64,000 nucleotides of DNA from Bacteroidaceae bacterium (GCA_017445145.1 JAFSVI010000144.1:36992-100991); one strand, 5' to 3'; positions 48,457 to 58,595 are shown, counted from the stretch's first letter. Translations and numbers: made by a program. Notes: generated from the sequence alone by a model not told the origin.

Positions 48457-49419
48457 ATGCCTGAACTGTCATTCGTCACCATCAACTTCAACGGCCTGGC
48501 CGACACCACGGCGCTCATACGCTCGCTGCAGAGCGTGGTACACTCCGTGAGATGGGAGCTGGTGGTCGTTGACAACGCCTCGGCCGGCAACGATGTATTC
48601 GCCTTGCAGACCATCTTTGCTGCCGACCCACGCGTGCGCATCATTCAGGCATCGCGCAACCTGGGCTTCGCCGGTGGCAACAACCTCGGCATTGCGGCGG
48701 CAAAGGCGCCATGCATCATGCTCATCAACAACGACACCCTCGTGGAAACCGACCATTTCCGCCAGCTCACCGACCGCATCCAATGCGACACATCCATAGG
48801 CATCATATCGCCGAAGATACGCTATGCCACGCCAGGACGATTCATACAATATGCAGGATTCACCGACCTCACACCCGTAACGCTGCGCAACGCCGCCATA
48901 GGTCATGGCGAACCCGACAACGGGCAGCACGACACACCCCGTCCCACGGCCTTCGCCCACGGGGCTGCCATGCTCTTCACGCGCCACACACTCGATGCCG
49001 CAGGTCCCATGACGGAACAGTATTTCCTCTACTATGAGGAGATGGACTGGAGCATGCAGGTGCGGCGCGCAGGACTCACCATCTGGTATGACCCCGTGCA
49101 GACGGTGTTCCACCGCGAAAGCCGCACCACGGGAGCCAACTCACCATTGCGCGCGTACTACATGACACGCAACCGCCTCCTCTTCGCACGCCGCAACCGA
49201 CGCCAACCCACACGGGCCCTCGCCATGGCCTACGTATCAGCCGTGGCACTCCTGCGCGACGTGCCACGCCACCTGCTCACCCGCCACACATCCTTGGCAG
49301 CGGCAACTCTGCGCGGCCTCCGCGACTTCTGGTGCGGCAACCTCCACCAGCCACTCCCACAACACCACCAACAACCCCTACAAAGCCCAACCTCACCAGC
49401 GGCCAACCCTACCCCATAA
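48457..49419 (+). CDS. Glycosyltransferase family 2
   Basis: This is the 3' part of ORF-track entry 45817..49419. MPELSFVTINFNGLADT..VVVDNAS..GFAGGNNLG..LINNDTLV..YYEEMDW... Confidence 0.8.
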   Translation: MPELSFVTINFNGLADTTALIRSLQSVVHSVRWELVVVDNASAGNDVFALQTIFAADPRVRIIQASRNLGFAGGNNLGIAAAKAPCIMLINNDTLVETDHFRQLTDRIQCDTSIGIISPKIRYATPGRFIQYAGFTDLTPVTLRNAAIGHGEPDNGQHDTPRPTAFAHGAAMLFTRHTLDAAGPMTEQYFLYYEEMDWSMQVRRAGLTIWYDPVQTVFHRESRTTGANSPLRAYYMTRNRLLFARRNRRQPTRALAMAYVSAVALLRDVPRHLLTRHTSLAAATLRGLRDFWCGNLHQPLPQHHQQPLQSPTSPAANPTP

Positions 49420-49432
49420 CGCCTGACCTAAC

Positions 49433-50845
49433 GTGCTCTGGCAAATAGTCTCCATACTCGACATCATCCTCTTCATCATGGTGCTCATCACTGTGGTGTA
49501 CCTGAGCGTGTTTGCCATCGCCAGCCTCTTCTACAGCAAGTTCGAGGCACCAGCCACACGCAAGACAGCACGCATTCTCATACTCATCCCATGCTACCGC
49601 GCCGACGACATCTACCAGCTCACGCTCGACGCCATCGCCGCCCAGGACTATGACCCTCGTGCCATCGACATCATGGTGGTCTCCGCCGGCAACAAGCCCA
49701 TCACAAACATGAAGCTCGCGCAATATAACCTCACCATGTGCATCATGCCCGAGGACGAATATACCGACGTGCGCGCGTGGCAGTTCGGCATGGACCACTG
49801 TGCACCACTAAGGCTCTACGACATAGTGCTCATCATCGAAGCCGGAGAGACGATGCAACCCACATATCTCACCGACATCAACGAGGCTTTCCAGCTCGGC
49901 TCGAAAGCCATACAGACACACCGCACGTACCCGCACCGCACGACACCGAAGGAAATGCTCACTGCCACCTTCGAGGAAATCAACTCCAGCATCTTCCGCA
50001 TGGGCCACGTGGCGCTGGGGCTGTCGTCGGGTCTCCTGGGTTCGGGCATGGCCTTTGAGCACAAATGGTTTCGCGACAACATCGGCCTCCTGACCGCCGA
50101 CAGCGACCTCAAAGCCTTTGAGGCAATGGTGCTTGCCGCCGGACGCTACGTTGACTACCTCGACGACACGCACTTCGTCGGCAAGCCGCAGAAAGCCGTC
50201 GGCGGACTGCCCGTCATCGACCGCTCGAAATGGATGTACGCACAGTGGCACGCCCTGCGCACTCACGTCAAGGACCTGCCGCGAGCCATCCTGCAAGGCA
50301 ACCCCGACCTCTTCGACAAGGTGTTCCAATGGATTCTCATGCCGCGAGTGGTTATGATGAGCATTATCGCCCTCATGTGCGTCATCACGCCCCTCTTCTG
50401 GTGGAGCATGACGCTGAAATGGCTCGTCATGGGCTTCTGGGTGATGCTGGTGTTCGCCATCGCCACGCCCGACTACCTCATCAACCGCGAGTGGGAGAAG
50501 GCTTTCATCTACGCCCCGCTGCTCATGGTCAAAGCCCTCTTCGACGCACTGCCATCGGGATGGGCGCTGGCATTCACCCGCAGCCACAAGGACGAGTGGA
50601 TCGACGACTTGCGCCAAGGCAGCGAGATGCTGATGGAACAGGGCGAGAAGCTCAAGGAGCAAGGAGCAAAGCTCAAGGAGCAGGGCGCAAAGCTCAAGGA
50701 GCAGGGCGCAAAGCTCAAAGCCCAGGGCGGGAAGCTCGGGGAGCGCAGCGGCTTCTTCAGCCGTCTGAGCCGCATAGCCGGTGGACGCCGACGCGACAAC
50801 ACCACCGACAGCCGCGAGGAGGAGGCACACCCATGGCCCACATGA
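49433..50845 (+). CDS. Multi-TM synthase-like GT2-fold protein with degenerate catalytic motifs and a C-terminal heptad-repeat tail (probable pseudo-glycosyltransferase)
   Basis: 470 aa with a GTG start. It is paralogous to the next gene (shared ..EEINSSIFRMGH..GSGM..). However, it has IIEAGE where the paralog has ILDADN, ADSDLKA where it has GEDKEI, and DRSKW where it has QRRRW. Confidence 0.7.
   Translation: MLWQIVSILDIILFIMVLITVVYLSVFAIASLFYSKFEAPATRKTARILILIPCYRADDIYQLTLDAIAAQDYDPRAIDIMVVSAGNKPITNMKLAQYNLTMCIMPEDEYTDVRAWQFGMDHCAPLRLYDIVLIIEAGETMQPTYLTDINEAFQLGSKAIQTHRTYPHRTTPKEMLTATFEEINSSIFRMGHVALGLSSGLLGSGMAFEHKWFRDNIGLLTADSDLKAFEAMVLAAGRYVDYLDDTHFVGKPQKAVGGLPVIDRSKWMYAQWHALRTHVKDLPRAILQGNPDLFDKVFQWILMPRVVMMSIIALMCVITPLFWWSMTLKWLVMGFWVMLVFAIATPDYLINREWEKAFIYAPLLMVKALFDALPSGWALAFTRSHKDEWIDDLRQGSEMLMEQGEKLKEQGAKLKEQGAKLKEQGAKLKAQGGKLGERSGFFSRLSRIAGGRRRDNTTDSREEEAHPWPT
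50636..50740 (+). repeat. Five copies of a 21-nt tandem repeat encoding EQGxKLK heptads
   Basis: gaacagggcgagaagctcaag / gagcaaggagcaaagctcaag / gagcagggcgcaaagctcaag / gagcagggcgcaaagctcaaa / gcccagggcgggaagctcggg. Confidence 0.9.
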
Positions 50846-52032
50846 TGCTTGCTGCCGCCATCGTCGAGATGGTGCTCTTTGTCCTTGCCGCATGGTCGGT
50901 GGCCTACGTGCTCGTTTTCGCCGTGGCGTCACACCTGCCCGCCCACCCACTGCCCATTGACGCGAAGGCACGGCCACGTTTCCTCATCATCATCCCCGCA
51001 TACGCCGAGGATGAGGTGGTGGAGTCAACAGTGAGATACGCCACAGGGCAGGCGTACCCGGACTTTGACGTGTGCGTCGTGGCCGATGCCATGCAGCCAG
51101 CAACCCTTGAGCGGCTCGCTGCCATGCCCATCACCCTGCTCCAAGCCAACTACACCGACAGCACCAAAGCCAAGGCACTGCAGCTGGCGATGGCCGAAGC
51201 CTACGTCCCCGGCCGACACACCCATGTGCTCATCCTCGACGCTGACAACGTCATCGTGCCCGACATGCTCCTGCGCATCGCCCGGCACTGCACCCGCGAT
51301 GTCAAGGCCATACAGCTCCACCGCAAGGCCAAGAACACCGACACCGATGTGGCCATGCTCGACGCCGTGAGCGAGGAAATCAACAACAGCATCTTTCGCC
51401 GCGGCCACAACCGCCTCAACATGGCGGCGGCGCTCATCGGCAGCGGCATGTGTCTCGACGCACAGTGGTTCGCCGAGGCTGTCAAGGGCCTGCAGTCGGC
51501 CGGCGAGGACAAGGAGATTGAGCGCCAGCTGTTGCTCGACGGCCACACGACAATCTTTGCCGACACGCTGCCGGTGCTCGACGAGAAGGTAACCACACAC
51601 ACCAGCTTCGGCCGGCAGCGCAGACGATGGCTTGCCGCTCAGGCATGGGCCTTGGCACACATGGTGCGCGGTCTGCCACAGGCCTTCGCACGGCGCTCGC
51701 CGACGCGGCGCCTCGACTATCTCGACAAAATGCTGCAACAAACACTCGTGCCGCGCTCGCTGCTCATGGTGCTCACCGCCGCGATGCTGCTTGTCACGAT
51801 AGTGGCTGCCGCCACAGGCCTGGCACCATGGAGCATGCCCCTGCGGTGGGCCGTGCTCGACGTGTGCCTCGACACCGCCATTCTCCTGGCCATACCCCGC
51901 ATCATGTTCGGCCCGCGCCTGGCCAAGGCCGTCGCTGCCCTGCCACCGATGCTGTGGCAGATGGTGGCGGCTCTGTTCCACATGCGCGGCGCTTCCCACA
52001 ACTTCATCCACACCAGCCACGGAAAGCCATGA
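50833..52032 (+). CDS. Multi-TM processive-type GT2 glycosyltransferase (synthase-like; D,D,D,QxxRW motifs present)
   Basis: ORF track 50230..52032, trimmed to MAHMMLAAAIVEMVLFVLAAW (TM). Also ..FLIIIPAYAEDEV.., ..VLILDADN.., ..GSGMC.., ..GEDKEI.., ..FGRQRRRWLAAQ.., followed by C-terminal TMs. Confidence 0.75.
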   Translation: MAHMMLAAAIVEMVLFVLAAWSVAYVLVFAVASHLPAHPLPIDAKARPRFLIIIPAYAEDEVVESTVRYATGQAYPDFDVCVVADAMQPATLERLAAMPITLLQANYTDSTKAKALQLAMAEAYVPGRHTHVLILDADNVIVPDMLLRIARHCTRDVKAIQLHRKAKNTDTDVAMLDAVSEEINNSIFRRGHNRLNMAAALIGSGMCLDAQWFAEAVKGLQSAGEDKEIERQLLLDGHTTIFADTLPVLDEKVTTHTSFGRQRRRWLAAQAWALAHMVRGLPQAFARRSPTRRLDYLDKMLQQTLVPRSLLMVLTAAMLLVTIVAAATGLAPWSMPLRWAVLDVCLDTAILLAIPRIMFGPRLAKAVAALPPMLWQMVAALFHMRGASHNFIHTSHGKP

Positions 52033-52877
52033 ACCATTGGTACGACACATACCTCAGCGTCTATGACAAGCCCTTCGACCCCGTGGCACAGGCCAACGTC
52101 ATCGACGACATCCGACACCGCATGGCTGCCCTGCAGACGCAACAGCCCGTGACGACCGTGGCCGTCATTGCCTACAATGAAGAGCGACACCTGCTGGCGT
52201 GCCTGTGGAGCCTGAGCCACATGCAGACCCCATTCCCCGTGGAGGTCATTGGCATAGACAACGACAGCACCGACCGCACAGCCGACATCTTTCGCGCGTG
52301 CGCGATACCTTATTATATAGAGACGCGCCACAGCTGCGGGTGGGCAAGGCAGTGTGGCCTCAGCCACGCGCGAGGACGCTACCACCTCAACATCGATGCC
52401 GACACTATGTACCCGCCAGCCTACGTGGAACTCATGACGCGCCAACTCCAACACAAGGGCGTGGTGGCCGTGAGCAGCCTATGGAGCTACATACCTGATG
52501 CCACACACTCAGCCACAGCACTCCGCCTCTATGAGGCATTGCGCGACACCCACCTGTGGCTGCAGCACTTCAGCCGGCCGGAGCTTGCGGTGAGGGGGCT
52601 TGTATTCGGCTACCACACCGATGCTGCACGCCGCTTTGGCATTCGCACCGACATCGTCCGCGGCGAGGACGGCTACCTGGCCTACCAGCTGCGCGACGTG
52701 GGCAAGATACGTTTCCTGCGCGACCGGCGAGCGCGGGCCGTCACCGGCTACGGCACCGTGGGCGAGAGCCTCGCCGTGGCCCTGCGCCACCGTGTGGGCA
52801 AGTACCTGCGGGCATTCACCAACTACCTCACGCCCTCGCGCCAATACCGCGACGACCCATCAAACCTCGTGACATGA
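52029..52877 (+). CDS. Glycosyltransferase family 2
   Basis: ORF track 51627..52877, trimmed to MNHWYDTYLS.. (ATGA overlap). Also ..VAVIAYNEERHL..IGIDNDSTDRT..LNIDADT... Confidence 0.75.
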   Translation: MNHWYDTYLSVYDKPFDPVAQANVIDDIRHRMAALQTQQPVTTVAVIAYNEERHLLACLWSLSHMQTPFPVEVIGIDNDSTDRTADIFRACAIPYYIETRHSCGWARQCGLSHARGRYHLNIDADTMYPPAYVELMTRQLQHKGVVAVSSLWSYIPDATHSATALRLYEALRDTHLWLQHFSRPELAVRGLVFGYHTDAARRFGIRTDIVRGEDGYLAYQLRDVGKIRFLRDRRARAVTGYGTVGESLAVALRHRVGKYLRAFTNYLTPSRQYRDDPSNLVT

Positions 52878-53821
52878 CACCCGACGTCACCATCATCATA
52901 CCCGTCTATAACACAGCATCGTACCTCAAAGCCACTATAGCAAGCCTTGAGGCTCTCGACCCGCGGCTGACCTACCAGTTCATCTGCGTGGACGACGGCT
53001 CCACGGACACCTCGCCACACATGCTCGCACAGTGGGCACAACGCGACGGGCGGGTGGAGGTATATACGCAGCGCAACCAGGGACAGAGCGTGGCACGCAA
53101 CGCGGCACTCAGCCATGTGCGGGGCATGTGGACCTACTTCCTCGACAGCGACGACATCCTCATGCCCGACGCCCTCGTGGCAGCCCACGCCGCTGCCACG
53201 CGCCACGGTGCCGACATGGTGCTCTTCTCAGGCACCATCATCGATGAGCAAGGGCAGCACATCGACGAGGCCGAAGGCACCATCTTCACACATCAGCGCT
53301 ACCAGCGCCCCGACGCCTTGCCCGGTGACAGGTGCATCGATGGGGTGCAGGTTATGGACATACTGCTCAAACACTACATCTTCCGCGCCGTACCATGGCT
53401 ATACATGGTGCGCACCGACTTCCTCCGCAACAGCGGCATCACCTTCCATCCCGGCATCATCCACGAGGACGAGCTGTTCACCGCAACGCTCACCCTCGCT
53501 TGCCACAACGTGGTCACACTCCACCGCACCCTCGTGCTGCACCGCATACGCCAGTCGAGCACCATGGGTCAGCGCTTCTCGCGCCGCAACATGGACTGTC
53601 TGCTCACCGTCATCGACGGCGTGGAGCAATGGGTGACACACCACCCCGAGCGGCGGCGCCCGGCATGGGACTACTGCCGCTACACCCTCAACCACGTGCT
53701 CATCACGGCACGCTCGCTGCCGCTGCCCGACCGCTGGGCAGCGCTGCGCCGCATCGTGGGCAGCGGCTACCTGCCTTACGTGGAACCCAAACGCCTCATC
53801 CTCTTCATCTATGGCAGATAG
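52874..53821 (+). CDS. Glycosyltransferase family 2
   Basis: ORF track 52556..53821, trimmed to MTPDVTIIIPVYNTASYL..VDDGSTD..NQGQSVARN..FLDSDD.. (ATGA overlap). Confidence 0.8.
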   Translation: MTPDVTIIIPVYNTASYLKATIASLEALDPRLTYQFICVDDGSTDTSPHMLAQWAQRDGRVEVYTQRNQGQSVARNAALSHVRGMWTYFLDSDDILMPDALVAAHAAATRHGADMVLFSGTIIDEQGQHIDEAEGTIFTHQRYQRPDALPGDRCIDGVQVMDILLKHYIFRAVPWLYMVRTDFLRNSGITFHPGIIHEDELFTATLTLACHNVVTLHRTLVLHRIRQSSTMGQRFSRRNMDCLLTVIDGVEQWVTHHPERRRPAWDYCRYTLNHVLITARSLPLPDRWAALRRIVGSGYLPYVEPKRLILFIYGR

Positions 53822-55361
53822 AGTCAGCAAAAGCCTCAAGAATGCGAAGGTGAACTTCATCTTCTACTTCCTCGGACTCTTCTTCGCGTTCTTCTCCCGA
53901 CGCATCTTCCTCGAGTGCCTCGGCGAGGAGTTCGTGGGGCTGACGCTCACCCTGGGCTCCATACTTGGCTACCTGAACCTGGCCGAGCTGGGCATATCGT
54001 CGTCGATAAGCTATTTCCTGTACAAGCCGCTGCAGGGCAACGACCGCCGCGAAGTGGCCGACGTGCTCTCGCTGCTGGGCTACCTGTACCGCTGGATAGG
54101 GCTTTTCATCCTCGTCGCTGCCGTGGTCATCAGCCTGTTCTTCCCGCTCATTTTCGGCGGCAAGGGGCTGAGCATGGGCATCATCTATTTTGCCTTCGCC
54201 AGCATACTGGGTTCGCAGCTCATCGGCTATTTCATCAACTACCGCGAGATTCTCCTCGCCGCCGACCAGAAGCAGTATCTCGTCAGCGTCTATTACCAAA
54301 GCGCAGGGCTGGTGAAGACGGCCCTACAGATAGCGCTGGCCTACACCTGGGGCAACCCCTACGTGTGGGTGGCCATAGAGTTTGTGTTCGGCGTCATTGC
54401 CTGTGCTGTCCTCAACTGGAAGATCAACCGCGAGTACCCGTGGCTCCACACCGACAAGAGCCGTGGCCGCGAGCTGCTGCGGCGCTACCCCGAAGTAATG
54501 CGCAAGACGCGCCAAGTGTTCGTCCACCGCATCAAGGACTTCGTGCTCACCAAGAGCGACGAGCTGTTCGTGTTCCTCTTCGTCTCGCTCAAGATGGTGG
54601 CATACTATGGCAACTACACCATGATAGCCACCAAGATCTCGCAGCTCTTCACCACCGTGCTCAACAGCGTCAACGCCGGAGTGGGCAACCTCGTGGCCGA
54701 GGGCAACGAGGAGCTGGAGCAGCGGGTGTTCTGGGAACTCACGGCGCTGAGGCAGGCCGTGGCGGCCATCATCAGCTACGGTCTGCTCATGCTCCTACCA
54801 TCGTTCATCGCCATCTGGGTGGGCGAGAAGTACGTCCTCTCGCCATGGGTGCTCATCCTGCTCGTGGCCTACACCTTTATGAACCTCACGCGGGCCGTGG
54901 TCGATATCTTTAACCATGCCCACGGCCTCTACGACGACGTGTGGTCGTGCTACGTCGAACTTGGGTTGAACGTGGCCGTTACCTTCACCCTGGGGCCGCT
55001 CTTCGGCATCGCCGGCATCCTCGCCGGCAAGCTCGTCAGCGTCGGCCTCATCATCATGGTGTGGAAACCCTATTACCTCTACCACCGTGGCTTCCACATC
55101 GGCGTGAGGCAATACTGGAGCGGCACGCTGCGCTACTATGCCATACTCCTGGCGAGCGCCGCACTCGCCGCTGCCACCACCATGCTCATACCGCTGCCCG
55201 AGGCTGCCAACTTCGTCCTTTGGCTGCTCAGGGCCGTGGTGGTGATGGCCATATACCTGGCGTTCTACCTGCCCATGCTGTGGTGGTTCGGCCGCGGGGC
55301 GCGCGACTGTGCCCACCGCCTGACCACACTGCTGCCTCACGGGCTGCGCCCCCGACATTAG
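53811..55361 (+). CDS. wzx: Oligosaccharide flippase (Wzx; MOP/polysaccharide-biosynthesis family)
   Basis: 516 aa. MADRVSKSLKNAKVNFIFYFLGLFFAFFSRRIFLECLGEEFVGL... It has about 12-14 hydrophobic segments. Confidence 0.75.
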   Translation: MADRVSKSLKNAKVNFIFYFLGLFFAFFSRRIFLECLGEEFVGLTLTLGSILGYLNLAELGISSSISYFLYKPLQGNDRREVADVLSLLGYLYRWIGLFILVAAVVISLFFPLIFGGKGLSMGIIYFAFASILGSQLIGYFINYREILLAADQKQYLVSVYYQSAGLVKTALQIALAYTWGNPYVWVAIEFVFGVIACAVLNWKINREYPWLHTDKSRGRELLRRYPEVMRKTRQVFVHRIKDFVLTKSDELFVFLFVSLKMVAYYGNYTMIATKISQLFTTVLNSVNAGVGNLVAEGNEELEQRVFWELTALRQAVAAIISYGLLMLLPSFIAIWVGEKYVLSPWVLILLVAYTFMNLTRAVVDIFNHAHGLYDDVWSCYVELGLNVAVTFTLGPLFGIAGILAGKLVSVGLIIMVWKPYYLYHRGFHIGVRQYWSGTLRYYAILLASAALAAATTMLIPLPEAANFVLWLLRAVVVMAIYLAFYLPMLWWFGRGARDCAHRLTTLLPHGLRPRH

Positions 55362-55442
55362 CTTTCCGCCAACGCCCCGCCACCAACGCCCCGCCGCCAT
55401 CAGCCCACCGCCAACATTCCACCGCAAACACCCGCAAGACAA

Positions 55443-56324
55443 GTGTCACCAACGTTCTCCGTCATCATACCGCTCTACAACAAAGGCCGCTACATCGATG
55501 CCACGCTGGCATCGGTGACGGCGCAGACCTTCGCCGACATGGAGGTGATAGTCATCGACGACGGCTCCACCGACGACGGTCCGGCACGCGTGGCAACCCA
55601 CGCCTCAGCCGACACGCGGCTGCGGCTGCTCCGCCAACCCAACGGCGGCGTGTCGGCAGCACGCAACGCCGGGCTGCGTGCCGCACGTGGCGAGTGGGTG
55701 GCGTTCTTGGATGCCGACGACACCTGGATGCCGACATACCTCGCCGAGATGCACGCCCTGGCACGGCGCCACCCCGAAGCCGGCCTCTGCGCCTGTGCGC
55801 GGCAAGGGCGGCGCATCCCCACACTGCCAGAGGAATGCGTCGTCAGCGACGCGGCAGCCTGGGGTGTCATCTATTGGACAGGCACCACCATGGCGCGGCG
55901 CACGCTCTTCGCCACCGCCGGTCTTTTCCGCGAAGGCATCAGCCGTGGCGAGGACCGCGACATGTGGCTGCGCCTGGGTCTGCACGCACCCACGGCATTC
56001 CTCAACCGCGAGCTGGCCCGCTATGAGGAGCACGCCGCAGGGAGCCTCACGGACTTGGTGCCACTGTGCCACGAGTTCCCATACTGGGAGTGGTACGACC
56101 TGCCCCGCCGCTACCCCACCCTGCGCCATATCAACCCCGCCCTGCCTGCCACATACCGCGACAGCATACGCCGCTATGCCACCAACCAGCTCATGCAGCT
56201 GGCCAACGCCCATTTCCGGGCCGGCCACCGGAAGGATGCACTGCGCGTGCTGCTGCGTTGTCGCGGCATGTCGGACATGCGCGCCCGTCTGCAGCTGCTG
56301 CGGCGCATCCTCACCCAATGGTGA
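55443..56324 (+). CDS. Glycosyltransferase family 2
   Basis: GTG start. (M)SPTFSVIIPLYNKGRYI..VIDDGSTD..NGGVSAARN..FLDADD... Confidence 0.8.
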   Translation: MSPTFSVIIPLYNKGRYIDATLASVTAQTFADMEVIVIDDGSTDDGPARVATHASADTRLRLLRQPNGGVSAARNAGLRAARGEWVAFLDADDTWMPTYLAEMHALARRHPEAGLCACARQGRRIPTLPEECVVSDAAAWGVIYWTGTTMARRTLFATAGLFREGISRGEDRDMWLRLGLHAPTAFLNRELARYEEHAAGSLTDLVPLCHEFPYWEWYDLPRRYPTLRHINPALPATYRDSIRRYATNQLMQLANAHFRAGHRKDALRVLLRCRGMSDMRARLQLLRRILTQW

Positions 56325-56372
56325 ACACCACGTCAGCCATCAGCAACCCACATCCCACCAACTCCACACCAC

Positions 56373-57305
56373 ATGCCCCTATTCTCCGTCACCATCCCCG
56401 CATACAAGGCCAAATATCTGGCCGAGACCATCGACAGCGTGCTCGCGCAGCAATGTCCCGACTTCGAGCTCATCATCGTCAACGATGCCTCGCCCCACGA
56501 CCTCGACGCCATCGTGAACCGCTATGCCGACCCGCGCATACGCTATTTCACCAACGAGCACAACTGCGGCGCGCGCAATGTCGTTGACAACTGGAACATC
56601 TGCCTCGGCCATGCCCGCGGGGAATATGTTTGCTGCATAGGCGACGACGACACACTCACACCCACCTACCTCGCTGACTTTGCCGACCTCATCGGGCGCT
56701 ATCCACAGGTGGACCTCTTCCACGCACGCTCGGTGATCATCAACGACAGGTCGGAGGTCGTGGAGCAGCTTGAGCAGCGGAAGGAATGGGAATCCGTGTA
56801 TTCCCTCATCTGGAACCCGCGCAACACCCACCTCGGCGACTTCCTCTTCCGCACGTCAGCACTGCGCAGCTGCGGCGGCTTCTACCGTCTGCCCTACGGC
56901 TGGGCGGCCGACGACCTCACGGCCTTCACCGTCGCCGCTGCCCACGGGTGCTGCAACACCCAGCGTGTGGGCTTCTGCTATAGGGGCAATGCCGAGAGCA
57001 TCAGCCACGACATGACGTGCATCGAGGACAAGATACGTGCCTACCAGCACTGGGGGGAATGGATGGCGCATTTCCTCGAGCGCGAGCCTTCCGACCCCGA
57101 CGACCGCCGTCTGCGCCTGCTAATCGCTGCCGGTCTGCGCCACTATGTCGAGGCCCACATCGACGACATGGTGGAATGGGACATACGGAAAGCCCCGCTG
57201 CGGCGTGGACTGTTCTGGCTCACACACCACACGGCCCACGGCATCTCGCTGCGCAGATACCTGCGCGCCACCGCCAAGGCGCTCAAACACCGCATCCTAT
57301 CATAA
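56373..57305 (+). CDS. Glycosyltransferase family 2
   Basis: MPLFSVTIPAYKAKYLAETIDSVLAQ..IIVNDAS..CCIGDDD... Confidence 0.8.
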   Translation: MPLFSVTIPAYKAKYLAETIDSVLAQQCPDFELIIVNDASPHDLDAIVNRYADPRIRYFTNEHNCGARNVVDNWNICLGHARGEYVCCIGDDDTLTPTYLADFADLIGRYPQVDLFHARSVIINDRSEVVEQLEQRKEWESVYSLIWNPRNTHLGDFLFRTSALRSCGGFYRLPYGWAADDLTAFTVAAAHGCCNTQRVGFCYRGNAESISHDMTCIEDKIRAYQHWGEWMAHFLEREPSDPDDRRLRLLIAAGLRHYVEAHIDDMVEWDIRKAPLRRGLFWLTHHTAHGISLRRYLRATAKALKHRILS

Positions 57306-57322
57306 GCCACACCCCACCGACA

Positions 57323-58510
57323 ATGGAGATAGCCATACTCACCTCGGGCATACTGCCCGTGCCAGCCACTCAGGGCGGTGCCGTGGAGGCGCTCATCGAC
57401 CACTACATCAACCGCAACGCCCTGACGGGTGAGCACGAGTTCACCGTGTTCAGCGTGGCGCCGCCGACCGGCACACCCCGCCCCACCCTGCCCCACACCT
57501 CCTACGTCCATGTGCCGACAGCCACCCCATGGGCACGCATGCGGCGCAAGCTGCGGTCGTGGCTGTCCGCGCCAGGGTTCTACAACTATTTCATCAACGA
57601 CTTCTACCTCACGTGCCGCCAGCGCCTGTTGCGCCGGCGCTGGGACGCCATTGTGCTCGAGAACCGCCCGGGCTACGCCATAGACCTGCGGCGCCACTAC
57701 GATGGTCCCATCATCCTGCACCAGCATCTCGACAGCGTCAATGCCGACACTCCGCGTGGCGACGACATCTGCCGTGCGCTGACCCACGCCATCGGAGTCT
57801 CCGACTACATCTGCCGTCGCATGGCGCAGGTGGGCACACCGCTGCCGACCACAACCGTTTACAACGGCATCGACACGGAGCGCTTTGCCCGCGCAGCCAC
57901 GGCGCGGCGCAGCGACTTCGGCCTGTCGCCCGGCGACTTCGTGGTGGCCTACTGCGGGCGCATCGACCCCATCAAGGGCGTGGCCGAGCTTATCGACGCG
58001 ATGGTGCAGCTGCGTGACATGGGCAACCTGCACCTGCTCGTCGTCGGTGGCAGCTTCTACGGCAACGCCGCGGGCTGCGACACGCCCTTCATCGAGGCGC
58101 TGAAGACAGCCGCCAAGCCCATCCGCGAGCGCATACACTTCACCGGATTCGTGCCCTACGAGCGCGTGCCATCGCTGCTGAAGATGGCCGACTTGGCCGT
58201 GATGCCCTCGACATGCCAGGAGGCCTTCCAGCTCACCGTGGTCGAAGCCATGGCCGCCGGCGTGCCGGTGGTGGCAACGCGCTCGGGTGGCGTGCCGGAG
58301 ATATGCGAGGGTGTGGCGTGCATCGTGGATCATGGCGAGCATCTCGCACAGCGTCTCGCCAAGGCCATTGCCACTCTCGCAGCCGACCCTCAAGAGCGAC
58401 GCGCCATGTCCGCCAGGGGCCTCATGCGCGCCCAGCGCTTCGCCCACACGGCCTATGCCGACGCCTTCCTGCACGCTTTGACGTCAATATTACGGCCGAA
58501 AACAAAATAA
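57323..58510 (+). CDS. Glycosyltransferase family 4 (GT-B, 'glycosyl transferase group 1')
   Basis: ORF track 57017..58510, trimmed to MEIAILTSGILPVPATQGGAVE... The C-terminus has ..EAFQLTVVEAMAAGVPVVATRSGGVPEI.. (EX7E context). Confidence 0.8.
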   Translation: MEIAILTSGILPVPATQGGAVEALIDHYINRNALTGEHEFTVFSVAPPTGTPRPTLPHTSYVHVPTATPWARMRRKLRSWLSAPGFYNYFINDFYLTCRQRLLRRRWDAIVLENRPGYAIDLRRHYDGPIILHQHLDSVNADTPRGDDICRALTHAIGVSDYICRRMAQVGTPLPTTTVYNGIDTERFARAATARRSDFGLSPGDFVVAYCGRIDPIKGVAELIDAMVQLRDMGNLHLLVVGGSFYGNAAGCDTPFIEALKTAAKPIRERIHFTGFVPYERVPSLLKMADLAVMPSTCQEAFQLTVVEAMAAGVPVVATRSGGVPEICEGVACIVDHGEHLAQRLAKAIATLAADPQERRAMSARGLMRAQRFAHTAYADAFLHALTSILRPKTK

Positions 58511-58556
58511 AGCTAAAAAAAAGCTTGCAAAGATTGTCGGCGTTACACTTTTTTGC

Positions 58557-58564
58557 TACCTTTG
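58557..58564 (+). promoter_or_regulatory. -7 promoter box TACCTTTG (plus strand)
   Basis: The box is 32 nt upstream of the ATG at 58596. Confidence 0.55.
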
Positions 58565-58595
58565 CCCACGCAACAAGCATATACCGTGTATCCCA

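Noticed and set aside
49808-52050. Minus-strand ORFs 49808..50977 and 51025..52050, and similarly 57143..58474, 59913..60731 and 26122..27219
   Set aside because: They are antisense to GT2, GT4, tkt and S41 peptidase genes that have clear motifs.
55369-55398. A short C/A-rich tandem (ccaacgccccgcc x2) upstream of the GT2 gene at 55443
   Set aside because: There are only two short copies in a generally C/A-rich SD-less leader, which is too weak to call a feature.
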